Under the pieces are notes generated by a model. The model was not told the origin of the DNA and searched no databases. It saw nothing but the letters and a program-made list of their open reading frames with translations. A DNA stretch of 63,963 nt, counting the filler, from Octopus bimaculoides (taxonomy: Eukaryota): assembly GCF_001194135.2 (NCBI RefSeq). It is 6 parts of 5 records of this genome, joined end to end, with 100 filler letters (N's around TTAATTAATTAA, not from the genome) between each part and the next. Parts side by side here need not be neighbours in the genome. Positions count along the whole stretch, not along the records: positions 32,992 to 53,028 come from NC_068983.1; positions 53,129 to 58,926 come from NC_068991.1; positions 59,027 to 62,819 come from NC_068986.1; positions 62,920 to 63,963 come from NC_068986.1; 2 more parts are not named here. One strand, 5' to 3'. How positions within the stretch are numbered: the first letter of the stretch is position 1; every line of letters starts with the position of its first letter. The position numbers and the translations under genes are program-made. Shown piece by piece: positions 51,821 to 63,963 of the stretch.

Positions 51821-52391
51821 TACATATAAATACATANNNNNNNNNNNNNNNNNNNNNNNNNNNNNNNNNNNNNNNNNNNNNNNNNNNNNNNNNNNNNNNN
51901 NNNNNNNNNNNNNNNNNNNNNNNNNNNNNNNNNNNNNNNNNNNNNNNNNNNNNNNNNNNNNNNNNNNNNNNNNNNNNNNNNNNNNNNNNNNNNNNNNNNN
52001 NNNNNNNNNNNNNNNNNNNNNNNNNNNNNNNNNNNNNNNNNNNNNNNNNNNNNNNNNNNNNNNNNNNNNNNNNNNNNNNNNNNNNNNNNNNNNNNNNNNN
52101 NNNNNNNNNNNNNNNNNNNNNNNNNNNNNNNNNNNNNNNNNNNNNNNNNNNNNNNNNNNNNNNNNNNNNNNNNNNNNNNNNNNNNNNNNNNNNNNNNNNN
52201 NNNNNNNNNNNNNNNNNNNNNNNNNNNNNNNNNNNNNNNNNNNNNNNNNNNNNNNNNNNNNNNNNNNNNNNNNNNNNNNNNNNNNNNNNNNNNNNNNNNN
52301 NNNNNGTGTGTGTGTGCGCATGCGTGTGTGTGTGTGTGTGTGTTAGTGTGTTTGTGAGTTTGTGTGTGTGTGTGTATTAGATAGATAGATG

Positions 52392-52442
<51 letters not shown>

Positions 52443-53316
52443 CCCCGGGAGTAATTCAAACCGCTATATTTTTATTAGCAAGTAAGGAATGTCTTTTTAA
52501 AGTAACGTATTTATTTGCAATAGCTTCTAATTTGTATTTGGGAAACGTAAATGTTAGCCAGGAAAATGACATCTACTCTTGGTAATATATTCTTGACTTT
52601 TATTGATAAAATGCCATCCTCACACTGCAGAAATATCATCTTCTATTCGTAAGACAACGAACAGGGAATAAAATGGATTTAGATTGTAAAGTTTAATCCT
52701 GAATATAAATCTTCCAGCAACATATCATATCCTCAATCCCTAGATTTGCTAATGTGGTATTTGAAAAATTATTTTGAGACTCTCAGCATAGTTTCATTTC
52801 ATAATATCTAGAATATTGAAAGAACATAGGAACATTCTGAGATATTGATAAATAGAATTTGATAAGCATAAGCGACGGAGATATAAAGATATGAAGCAAC
52901 ACTGCGTCATAAAAATACATACGTACATGCATGCATGTCTCAATAAATAAACTGATCTCTATGTATATCTATCTATCTTTCTATCTAACTATCTATCTCT
53001 GCGTATATATATATATATATATATATATNNNNNNNNNNNNNNNNNNNNNNNNNNNNNNNNNNNNNNNNNNNNTTAATTAATTAANNNNNNNNNNNNNNNN
53101 NNNNNNNNNNNNNNNNNNNNNNNNNNNNTATATATATATACATATACACACATATATATATTTTTATTTTATTTCTACAACTAAAAATGACACACAAGTT
53201 TTATTTTCTTCTATGTTTAGTCGTAATTTAATCAGGAATAACCAAGCTACAAGAGTCGAGAGTGGAGAGTAGAGAAAAAAAAAAACCTTTAAAAACAAAA
53301 ACAAAAATACAATCCA

Positions 53317-53362
<46 letters not shown>

Positions 53363-53759
53363 GTAATGGAATCGATAAACATATATAGAATTAAAATAGT
53401 CAGTCGAATGTAGAGATTGGTGAATAAAGACAGGAATAAATAGAATATAGAGAATGAAGTTGGAATGAAAAAAAGAAAAAAATTGAAGAAAAGTCAGCAA
53501 CGCTTGACATTTTTCTAATTGTTTCGGCTAATATATTTTTATGCAACTTTTTTTAATGTTTCCTGGGCTATGTGGTGATGGTTGAGTTGATAGCATAACA
53601 GGCCTTCAAGCGCAAGGAATCGTAGTTCCTACTTTGTCCTAGGTACTCAATTATATCCGTCACTAACTTAACTATTTTGTCGTAACAGTATTTTTTTTTT
53701 AATGTTATAACCAATTTTGATTCAACGCGTGTACATATCAAAATAATTCATTTTAATAT

Positions 53760-54080
53760 ACACACGCGGCCTCAAAGTTTGTGGGAAGGAGATAGTCGAT
53801 TACATCGACCTTAGTACTCGGTTGGTACTTATTTTATTGACTGCGAAAGAATGAAAGCCAAAGTCAAACTCATTGGAATTTGAACTCAGAACGTGAAGTT
53901 GGGGAGGGAGCCAGTCAATTAGATCGACTTCAGTACGCAACTGGTACTCAATTTATCGACCCTGAAAGGAGGAAAGGCAAAAATCAACCTCGGCGGAATT
54001 TGAACTCAGAACGTAAAGACAAACGAATTACCGTTAAGCATTTCACCCGGCGTGTTAACGTTTTTGCCTGCTCACCACCT
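53760..54080 (-). mobile_element. Tandem dimer of SINE family B
   Basis: Two consecutive GTCGATT..ATCGAC...GAATTTGAACTCAGAACGT units. Confidence 0.75.
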
Positions 54081-54643
54081 TACCGCTATATATTTTTGTC
54101 TGACGTTAATAGCCGAATCCACCTAACGAGTTATATAATTCACGCTTGTAAACTGTCCAAGTTTTGATTCGTTGTCATAGCAGTCTTCAGTTAAATTCCT
54201 TAAATGGAAAATGCTACATACTTTGCACCAGCACCCTATGCAGCGAGATGTTTTTTCGCAACCTTTTAACGTTAGGAAACCCTAGAATATGTACCGTTCC
54301 CGTGGCTCCGTCTCAGTAGACTTTCCGATACAAATCAGTGTGAGATTAAATATACATTAGATAATCAACTTAGATATCAGGACAAATCCACTGAAGACAT
54401 CATGGTTGTGTAACTTGACTCTTAAACTACCATTATTGCTACTACATCTATAAATATTCTTCTTGTTTACATTCTGTTGGATGAAAAGTCATAAAATGGT
54501 GACCGTGTATCCAGCATTCTTAGAAAGAAAAGTAAAAGTTCTTTTGAAATCTTAATTTGTCCGATGTCCCAGATATACTATCAGGCCATTGAGAATGAAA
54601 TGTCCGATTTTGAACTGAAAGTTCTCAACTAAAGTCAATGCAG

Positions 54644-54960
54644 TTAATTAAGGTATGCACCTAAATTATCAACATAATTTTGCCATTTTATCGGTAGCTC
54701 ATTTATGCCGGCAGCGAAGAATTCTGGGGAGCAACAAGTGATGAAATTACGAAAGGCTGTTTTTGCATCTTTTTCAGTTTTGAAGTATTTTCCTTGCAAA
54801 AAGTTATCTAATGCCTGGAAAACATGATAGTCAGTTGGTGCAAGGTCTGGTGAATATGGTGGATGACAGAGTACTTCTAAGTTCAGTTCCTGATAGGAGT
54901 GTGTGTTTCAGCCTAAGCATGTTCTCGCCACTGTCCAATGGGCTTCTGTATGCCTGTTGT
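54644..54960 (-). mobile_element. mariner transposase C-terminal remnant
   Basis: LEVLCHPPYSPDLAPTDYHVFQALDNFLQGKYF...GINELPIKWQNYVDNLGAYLN*. YSPDLAPxD is diagnostic for mariner. Confidence 0.9.
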
Positions 54961-55032
54961 TCTTTTTAGCCCCGGGCCAAACCTAATTGAGTCTGCTTGT
55001 CTCTGCATTTTTCATTCTCTCTTTCTCTCTCG

Positions 55033-55089
<57 letters not shown>

Positions 55090-55298
55090 CATCTACTTAG
55101 TGCCCGTAAATATATGTATATTGTGTGTATAAATATATGTATGTATATGTATAAATATGTATGTATGCGTGTACATATGTGTGCGAGTGTATATTTGTGT
55201 GAATTTATATATATATATGTATATAAATGTGTGTGTGTTTGCATATGTACGTGTGCATGTGTGTACCTATACATATATATATATATATATATGTGTGT

Positions 55299-55329
<31 letters not shown>

Positions 55330-55959
55330 CTTGTGTGCGTATATATCTATGTACAAAAAAAAAACTGAAACGATACTCAAGGAATGGGCGCCCCATGGAT
55401 ATTACTAATCCCATCAACTGTTCAATTTGTAAGTGAATTTGTCTTTCTTATGCCAGTCTCGTTAGCCACTCAAAGCTGCACGAACCAAATTAATAATAAA
55501 TCATGAAACTTGAGAGAAAAATATATCCGCAATCATTTCATGTCTTTTTTCGTGTTGGCCTCAAGAAATACCTGTCAGTAAACACTGATTATTCACATGA
55601 TCTTGCATTGCATTTAACTGTGAAGAGACATTTTAAAATTGTTTTGGTAAAAGGTGACTATTCAGCCGTTGGTCTTCAAAGTCATCCGTGTTTGGGAGCT
55701 CATTAGCAAGCGATATTGAGCTGAGTTTCATGATACACACACACATTCACACAGACGCATGCACACTCGCAAATATATAGTTAATACATAAAGTATAGCC
55801 ATGCATTTTAAATTAGTTCTTCCTAAATTTTGTTCATTAGTTTCCGGTGAGCCATAGACGAAACAGAATATACTTTGTCGGGCTAACGATTATGGATTAA
55901 ATACTTTTATTCAGCGGCTTTTAAAAATCAGCTAGCAATTCTTTTTCTCTCTTTTTACT

Positions 55960-56373
55960 CTTTTCTCTTTTTACTCTTTTACTTGTTTCAGTCATTTGAC
56001 TGCGACCATGCTGGAGCACCGCCTTTAGTCGAGGAAATCGACCCCAGGACTTATTCTTTGTAAGCTAAGTACTTATTCTATCGGGTCTCTTTTGCTGAAC
56101 CGCTAAGTTACGGGGACGTAAACACACCAGCATCGGTTGTGAAACGATGTTTGGATGACACAGACACTGAAACATATATACAAGCATACATACATATATA
56201 TACATATATACGACGGGCTTCTTTCAGTTTCCGTCTACCAAATCCACTCACAAGGCTTTGGTCGGCCCGAAGCTACAGTAGAAGACACTTGCCCACGGTG
56301 CCACGCACTGGGACTGAACCCGGAACCATGTGGTTGATAAGCAAGCTACTTACCACACAGCCACTCCTGCGCC
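55960..56373 (-). mobile_element. Full-length composite SINE A, young copy
   Basis: A/B-box head at 56209-56373, internal (TA/CA) repeat, tail ending GCAGTCAAATGACTGAAACAAGTAAAAG. Confidence 0.85.
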
Positions 56374-57100
56374 TGAAGAAAGGGTCTTAACAGTGAAATG
56401 CCGAAATATTAGACAGTAGTACTAACCCTCCATTTGTTTTTATTAACCAGTAACATGCATCATTCTTCATAAGAATTTGGAAGCTTCGAGAACGTGAAAT
56501 AATTATTTTAAGCAACGGTGAATCTCGGAGCAAATACATACATATGAAGACACACACACACATGTATATATACTGTACCTCTCTGTCTCTCTCTATATAT
56601 GTGTTTGTGCTTGTGTGGGTGTATTATTATATAAGTGTTGCATAAGTATATGTAACACTATGTGTGTCTGTTATATAATCGAATTTCGTTGTGCCTGTAT
56701 ATATAATGTATAAACGTACGTATACACATATACACACACATAATAGTGTGTAAATACTGGGTTTTTAAAAAGCGTTTGGTAGAACATTTAGAAGGCTACA
56801 CGTCAGATATATTACACAGTACATAGATAAATGTAGTCTATAGATTAACGTCAGAGTAGGCTGTACAGTTAGGGTTTCTATAAGACAAATATTGAATCAC
56901 TGATAAGGCACAACTTGTCGATAGGTAGTCGGACCTATGATTTTACATGCTCACATAAAAGGACTAGGAAGAGTGGATCTTAAATATATCACATAAACAA
57001 AACATGGAATATGTGCCTGAATGCGCACATACACACATATGTTTATGAGTACTGCCTGTATATGTATATAAATATATAAATGTGTGTATATATATATCTA

Positions 57101-57155
<55 letters not shown>

Positions 57156-57346
57156 ATAAATGTAAGCATATATGCATGTATAAATAATTATATTTATAAA
57201 TAATTATAATGCATATTTACATATGCATATATGAATAAATGAATGCATATTATAACTGAATGTATATGTGTATACATGTATATATGTATATATATATGTA
57301 TATATGTGTATATAAATGTCTATATGTATGAAAATATATATATGTA

Positions 57347-57452
<106 letters not shown>

Positions 57453-58276
57453 GTAGTATATTGCCACTTATTGACATCTCCTCCAATTGACATTGCTTGT
57501 TTTCACCTTTTCGATATCAGTGAAGAATTTCACTGGAAAAGAAGATATAAGATTGCCAGGTTTTTGTCTCTCTCACCAAGGTCAGCAGCTATCGAACGCC
57601 GACGAAGGGAAATAACCCTGAAANNNNNNNNNNNNNNNNNNNNNNNNNNNNNNNNNNNNNNNNNNNNNNNNNNNNNNNNNNNNNNNNNNNNNNNNNNNNN
57701 NNNNNNNNNNNNNNNNNNNNNNNNNNNNNNNNNNNNNNNNNNNNNNNNNNNNNNNNNNNNNNNNNNNNNNNNNNNNNNNNNNNNNNNNNNNNNNNNNNNN
57801 NNNNNNNNNNNNNNNNNNNNNNNNNNNNNNNNNNNNNNNNNNNNNNNNNNNNNNNNNNNNNNNNNNNNNNNNNNNNNNNNNNNNNNNNNNNNNNNNNNNN
57901 NNNNNNNNNNNNNNNNNNNNNNNNNNNNNNNNNNNNNNNNNNNNNNNNNNNNNNNNNNNNNNNNNNNNNNNNNNNNNNNNNNNNNNNNNNNNNNNNNNNN
58001 NNNNNNNNNNNNNNNNNNNNNNNNNNNNNNNNNNNNNNNNNNNNNNNNNNNNNNNNNNNNNNNNNNNNNNNNNNNNNNNNNNNNNNNNNNNNNNNNNNNN
58101 NNNNNNNNNNNNNNNNNNNNNNNNNNNNNNNNNNNNNNNNNNNNNNNNNNNNNNNNNNNNNNNNNNNNNNNNNNNNNNNNNNNNNNNNNNNNNNNNNNNN
58201 NNNNNNNNNNNNNNNNNNNNNNNNNNNNNNNNNNNNNNNNNNNNNNNNNNNNNNNNNNNNNNNNNNNNNNNNNNNN

Positions 58277-58311
<35 letters not shown>

Positions 58312-58747
58312 ATACAACTATACACATCGCATTTACAAATATGTATGTCTGCATAAAGATGTGTATGTGCATTTGTGTGTGTGTGTGTGTGTGCGTGTGT
58401 GTGTGTCTGTGTGCGGGTGCGGGTGCGAGCGCGTTTGTGCTATTGGTAATTGTTGCTGATTCCACCGTAATCTGATACACAGCTCCGCGCGGCGATCAAT
58501 CATTTTTCAATATTTAAATCTCGTCTCTGATTTAACTTTAATAGAACAAACTTTTCTAATTACTCATTCTCATGTACTTGATATGTGGCTGTTCGTATGT
58601 GTGATTGCATTCATACGTACTTGCAGGACGAACATTCATATTTGCATACATACATACATACATACATATGTATATATAAGAAGACACATATACAAGGACA
58701 AACACACACATACACAGATATGTATATAGAATGTGTCTCTATATATA

Positions 58748-58784
<37 letters not shown>

Positions 58785-59026
58785 TTGTGCATGTGTGAGT
58801 GTATTAAATATGTGTTGCATGGGTATTTGTAACGCTGTGTGTCAGTTATATAATCGAGTTGCTTTCTGCTCCAATGTATGACACCCAAAATAATTAAATT
58901 TAGTTAAATACGTATATATATATATANNNNNNNNNNNNNNNNNNNNNNNNNNNNNNNNNNNNNNNNNNNNTTAATTAATTAANNNNNNNNNNNNNNNNNN
59001 NNNNNNNNNNNNNNNNNNNNNNNNNN

Positions 59027-59062
<36 letters not shown>

Positions 59063-59064
59063 GG

Positions 59065-59778
59065 GATCATGCAGGCATAGCGTGGCTTCGATCCTCTAAC
59101 GTGGCTTCGATCCTCTAACGTGGCTTCGATCCTCGATCGCCAAATTTCACTTAACAGTTCAACAGCATTTTTCTCACGGTAAAACAATAGAGTTATCTTT
59201 TCTTGTATGTTGTTGCTGGTTATGTTTGATCTACTGCTCGCCACCCAACTAGGAATTAGAGGAAGATAGAGTGAATATTAAATGTAGGAAGTTGATAAAA
59301 CGATACTGACATTTAAACAGCAGTGGTGTTGTGATAAGACCTTGTATCATAGTTGACATTCTCACTCGTAAGCCTTCTCTCAGCTGAATTATCTCACTAA
59401 CTGGATTCTGCCTGTGGTCGCCTCTACGTCATCTCCTTTTTGCCAACTAGATTCTCACTAACTTTCTTCGGCTTACGGAGTTCTTGTTTTTATAACTAGC
59501 CAAAACTAGCCAGAAGGATAGACATATTGTTGAGAACAATAGATTTCGTTGGGTGGGGGGGTCTATTTTCTCCATTCCAGCCCCTAGTGGCCTAGAAGAG
59601 GTTAGGAAGGTCAAGTGGCGAAGACATTATTCCGGCTTAGCGAAGGCAACTGGTAAATGTAACTGCTGTCACTCGCAGAAAAACTATTGTTTTACCGTGA
59701 GAAAAGTGTTGTTGAACTGTTAAGTGAAATTTGGCGATCGAGGATCGAATCCACGCTATGCCTGCACGATCCACTACA
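59065..59778. mobile_element. Tx1/L1-like 5' segment (59240-59778, minus) plus an inverted short copy of the same 5' end (59065-59185, plus)
   Basis: GCAGGCATAGCGTGG...TCGATCGCCAAATTTCACTTAACAGTTCAAC...CTCACGGTAAAACAATAG occurs in both orientations; flanked by (GT)n. Confidence 0.6.
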
Positions 59779-59789
59779 TACAACCGTGT

Positions 59790-59845
<56 letters not shown>

Positions 59846-59859
59846 CTTTGTATCTGTGT

Positions 59860-60060
59860 TTGTCTCCCAACCATCGTTTGACAACTGATGTTAGTGTGTT
59901 TACCTCCTCGTAACTTAGCGTGTCGGCAAAAGGACCCGATGGAATAAGTACTACGCTTACGAAGAATAAGTCCTGGGGTCGTTTTGTTCGACTAAAGGCG
60001 GTGCTCCAGCGTGGCCGCAGTCAGATGACTGAAACAAGTAAAAGAGTAAAAGAATAAAAT
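59860..60060 (+). mobile_element. SINE A tail
   Basis: GTAACTTAGCGTGTCGGCAAAAGG...GGCGGTGCTCCAGC...GATGACTGAAACAAGTAAAAG. Confidence 0.8.
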
Positions 60061-60109
60061 AATACAGTAGCTCTGTCATAAGCCCCAGAACTAATAAAAC
60101 CAGAACTTG

Positions 60110-60435
60110 ACTCAGTTCCCGTGGTGTATAACTGGTACTCCGTCGGTTACGATGTGGAGTGTTCCAGTTGATCCAATGTTCCAGCGAACTTAACGTACAA
60201 GTGGCTGAGCACTCCACAGACACACACACCGTTAACGGAGTTATCAGGGAGATTCAGAATGTGAGAATGTTGGCCCCTTGTGAATTACAGGTACAACTCA
60301 TTTTTGCCAGTTGAGTGGACTGGAGCAATGTGAAATAAAGTGTCTTGCTCAAGGACACAACTCGTCGCCGAGAATCGAACTCACTACCTTACAATCGTGA
60401 GTCGGATACCCTAACCAAATAGCCATGCACCTTCA
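60110..60435 (-). mobile_element. tRNA-derived SINE family C with a conserved central domain-like segment
   Basis: Minus strand TGGCTATTTGGTTAGG...GTTCGATTCTCGG...GTGTCCTTGAGCAAGACACTT resembles the post-tRNA segment of CORE/V/Nin-type SINEs. Confidence 0.6.
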
Positions 60436-60756
60436 CTCATGACATATAACTGGGGTAGCAACACCGTGCCCACCCTGAGAGAGACGCCGATCCATTCGCA
60501 CGGTTAAATTCCAGGCTATTGTTGGAAAACAAAGTGAAACGAAGCGTCTTGCTGAAGGGTACAACACAGCATTCGGCCTAGGAATCGACCTTCACCCGAC
60601 CCATTCGTCACATACCTTCACATAAACAATTAAACAAAGGGGCCAGTGCTTCTCATCCGGGGCCCATTCGACACTTTCGGGATCCGTATTAGATTTTGCG
60701 TTAAAATTTATGCGCAATAATTCTCCAATGCACAAAATGTTTTAGTAATATTTTAA

Positions 60757-61566
60757 CACATTGGCTTCCACACGTCCTGCCGGTGGATCGTAGTGGTATG
60801 TTAGCGAGTCCCACCCGACCCACCAGCGAGTCGTTTCTTAATTTCTTTCCTAAGGGCTTTCTGAGAGCTGGAATGCTCCGATTGCTTTGATTTGTGATTT
60901 TGCTACACACTAAGAGAACAATTTTTTACAGATTTCTTTTTTTTTTTTTCGTTTTTCGTCTGATTTCACCATGTAATGAGGTACAATAAAAGACTGAGTA
61001 TTGAGAAAATTTTATTTGCCATTGAAACAAAAATGGTTACGGAGATGTACTTGCATAGCATGTGACCCGATCTGAGATCGTGTGCTGAAACAAAAACAAT
61101 TGCAGCGGGGTCAGTGAACAGGTCGCGGTCTCAAAGCGACGAAAATATTTTGGCAAATTAAATTTAAATGTTGAAGTGAATCTAACGGGTTTTGTGTGTT
61201 TTTAAATGGCTTATAAACAACTTCCATAAAAATAGTTCTGTTTTGAAAAAATCGATAGATTTTTCCCATAGAAACAGAAGGGAATTAAAAATATCTTACT
61301 TGTCATGGAAACCAAAATAGTTGTTTTTGAAAAAATTTCGAGATCTTCCGCTAGAAAATACCCTGAATTTTTAATTGACAACGAGTAGGTCGTGTGGTAT
61401 CTAGGATGTGATATGAAGTAGACGACCCTGCGGTGGGACGTGGGTATCTATGTGACCCTTGCCTCACATGTGGTATAGTGTAAAAATATTACGCCGCTCA
61501 TGTCACAATTAATATCGTATTGGGACCCTGGCATAAAACGTAAAATGAGGCTCGGGAGCCAACGTG
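60757..61566. mobile_element. piggyBac-like non-autonomous transposon
   Basis: TTAA at 60753-60756 and 61567-61570; imperfect TIRs CACATTGGCTTCC / GGGAGCCAACGTG; no transposase ORF. Confidence 0.65.
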
Positions 61567-62089
61567 TTAAAAACAATTCCTCTTAATGATTAATTATAAA
61601 AACGTAATAGGATTTTTAAGCATCGAATATTCAGGAGAGTCTACCCGAGCAAAATAGGAATCAAGGGGGATCCATGGGGAGAGGGAATGGTTGAGAAACA
61701 TTGATCTTCATGGTCATTCGATCTTCTAGAAATAACAGTTAAATCTCCTAATTACATCCTACCATCTTTAAAAGAAAGAGCACATTAGATACTGCGGACG
61801 TGGATTTGCTATAAAAGAAGTGATAGTCTCGACGGAGACGTACTTGCTCACAGATTTTGTCTTGTGACGGCTGACTAGCAATTAGACAACATTATCAATA
61901 ATATACACAAACCCATTTCATTGAATATCGATCTGTGGCTTTTCGGAATATTTTTTAAGTGAAATAAATATCAAAGATTCTTTGTGCAACACAGAAACCG
62001 TAAGAGCGACTTAGAAAGACTACAAACTCTTCTCTTGATTGTGACTAAATCTATTGCAATACTTTCATATCTTCACCAGATATCTCCAG

Positions 62090-62320
62090 CTCACAAGGGT
62101 TTCGTTCCTAAGCCTGCGCCCTTCACTTGAGTGACGCAGTGAAGATTGAATTAATCTTCGATTACAGAAGACTTCTATGTATGGTCTCTAACCAACCACA
62201 GCCATCTTGAACTGGTTTCCGCTTCCAGTTCTATATCCTTGATAGCTTTCTTCGGTTGGTGAGAAATTATCAAGTCTGTCCTCTCGGGGCACTGTGAGTT
62301 CAGCCATGGCTACCCCATCG
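62090..62320 (-). mobile_element. HERO/NeSL-like non-LTR REL endonuclease remnant
   Basis: MAELTVPREDRL (ELTVPWE motif), then after a frameshift ISHQPKKA...ETSSRWLW. Confidence 0.55.
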
Positions 62321-62479
62321 ATAGCAGTAACATGTCTCGTCAGAATCATTTGAAATCATTTGTACATTTCATTAGTAACGAAGCGTAAAGCAAATACAAT
62401 AATTAAAACTAAACTGATGTTTCTAACTTGGCAACATCTTACCAATCAGTCCACATTTATTGTTGATATTTCCTGGAGA

Positions 62480-62795
62480 AAGACGGTGAACTGGCGCCAT
62501 CGTTAGCGCACTTAGCGGCATTTCGCCCGTTCTGAGTTCAAATGCCAAGCATTGAGCCCTGGGGCACAGGGAATCGACTACTCCATCCGCCCCACCTTAA
62601 ATCGCTGGCCTTTTGCCAAAACTTCAAACAAATGTTGATCGAAAAAATATTTAATATTTGAACTTCCAGCCGCACGGTTCCGGGTTCAGTCTCACTGCGT
62701 GGTACCTTGGGCAAGTTACTTCTACTATAGCCTCGGGCCGGACCAAAGCCTTGGGGATGGATTTGGTAGACGGAAACTGAAAGAAGCCCATCGTG
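62480..62795 (+). mobile_element. SINE B (62480-62630) followed by SINE A head (62660-62795)
   Basis: Family motifs as in the other copies; ends GAAAGAAGCCCATCG(TG)n. Confidence 0.7.
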
Positions 62796-62919
62796 TGTGT
62801 GTGTGTGTGTGTGTGTGTGNNNNNNNNNNNNNNNNNNNNNNNNNNNNNNNNNNNNNNNNNNNNTTAATTAATTAANNNNNNNNNNNNNNNNNNNNNNNNN
62901 NNNNNNNNNNNNNNNNNNN

Positions 62920-62970
<51 letters not shown>

Positions 62971-63439
62971 ACAAAACAAATATTTCTACGTTTATTTTTG
63001 TTTTCATATACTTGTATGTTTGACACATCTCAGTGTATGAAATCATATTTTTATGTCAATGAATTATTCACGTGTAAGACGGGGGCCGAAATATGATTGT
63101 TCTTACTGTTGTTGTCGCATGTAATGCAGTCACTGTTACTGATGATGTTGTAGATAGTGATATTGTTAATGTTGCTTCGTTGTTGTTGTTGTTTAGCCCA
63201 AGACAAGTCTGATGAAGCAGATCCGTAATAAAGATTCATTCTGACTTATTTTATTCATTTTCTCAGTTTAACTAGCATCTTATCCAATGAATGAATTTTT
63301 TTAGGCAGCAGGATAGGATTTCCAGTCGATTTGGCTGTCATATCTAGCAAAACAAGGGTCTATATAGAAGCTCTTGAGGTTGATATAAAAGAAGCTATGT
63401 AGTATATTATAGACATAAATATTATGGGAAGTTAAGGCG

Positions 63440-63640
63440 AAGAGCTGGCGGAATCGCTGGCACTCTGAGAAAATAATTAACTGCACTTCAGCCGTCTTTA
63501 TATTTCAAATTGCGCCAGGGTCGACTTTGCTTTTCATCTTTGGTCATCGATAAAATAAGTTCCAGTTGAACACTTGGGGTGAAGTAATCGACTTACCAAC
63601 TTTATAGTTCTTCCAACAGTTGCGCCTTTTGCAGATATAT
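63440..63640 (+). mobile_element. SINE family B
   Basis: GGCGAAGAGCTGGCGGAATCG...GTCGACTTTGCTTTTCATC...GTCGATAAAATAAGT. Confidence 0.7.
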
Positions 63641-63932
63641 GAAACTAATATTACTGGAAGTTAGCCATCAAAATGAATTGAGAGAATTTGCTTCAAAGTT
63701 AGATCAGAAATCAAAAAATAGTAATAGAGCAGTTTATTAAATATGATAAGGGGATCAATATAACTAATTCCAAATAATATATATGCAAGAAATATTTCAT
63801 GCGTATAGTTTAGTTACATGCATAAATATGCAATATATGCGAATCTAATATGCACTGTGTCACAGAATGACACAGTGCGTGTATATGTAGATCTGTTTGT
63901 GTATGAATGTACATATATGCTGTATGCATGTA

Positions 63933-63963
<31 letters not shown>

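Noticed and set aside
57471-57623. Unique-looking open segment before a gap
   Set aside because: No recognisable motif or convincing splice sites.

Overview
Repeat-saturated, AT-rich eukaryotic genomic DNA with many N gaps and abundant (CA)n, (TA)n, (TAA)n and (TAGA)n microsatellites. The SINE/LINE content resembles an octopus (coleoid cephalopod) genome; this is inferred from recognising repeat families, not from a database search. Five 100-bp scaffold joins (44N-TTAATTAATTAA-44N) mean long-range contiguity is not guaranteed. No complete gene is visible. The only convincing host coding signal is one PAN/Apple-domain exon on the minus strand (about 2559-2761), which runs into an RTE retroposon fragment. 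The rest is mostly decayed mobile DNA: tRNA-derived SINEs, R4/Dong-like LINE pieces stacked in (TAA)n tracts, RTE, CR1/L2, Tx1/L1-like, HERO-like, Penelope-like (PLE), mariner and piggyBac-like elements. The most interesting signal is two sequence-unrelated short elements (about 5.0-5.4 kb and 48.5-48.7 kb). Each consists of a divergently oriented inverted pair of minimal type I hammerhead ribozyme motifs, and one is attached to a tRNA-like SINE head. This suggests non-autonomous ribozyme-bearing retroposons mobilised by PLEs, and PLE RT and GIY-YIG remnants occur in the same window.
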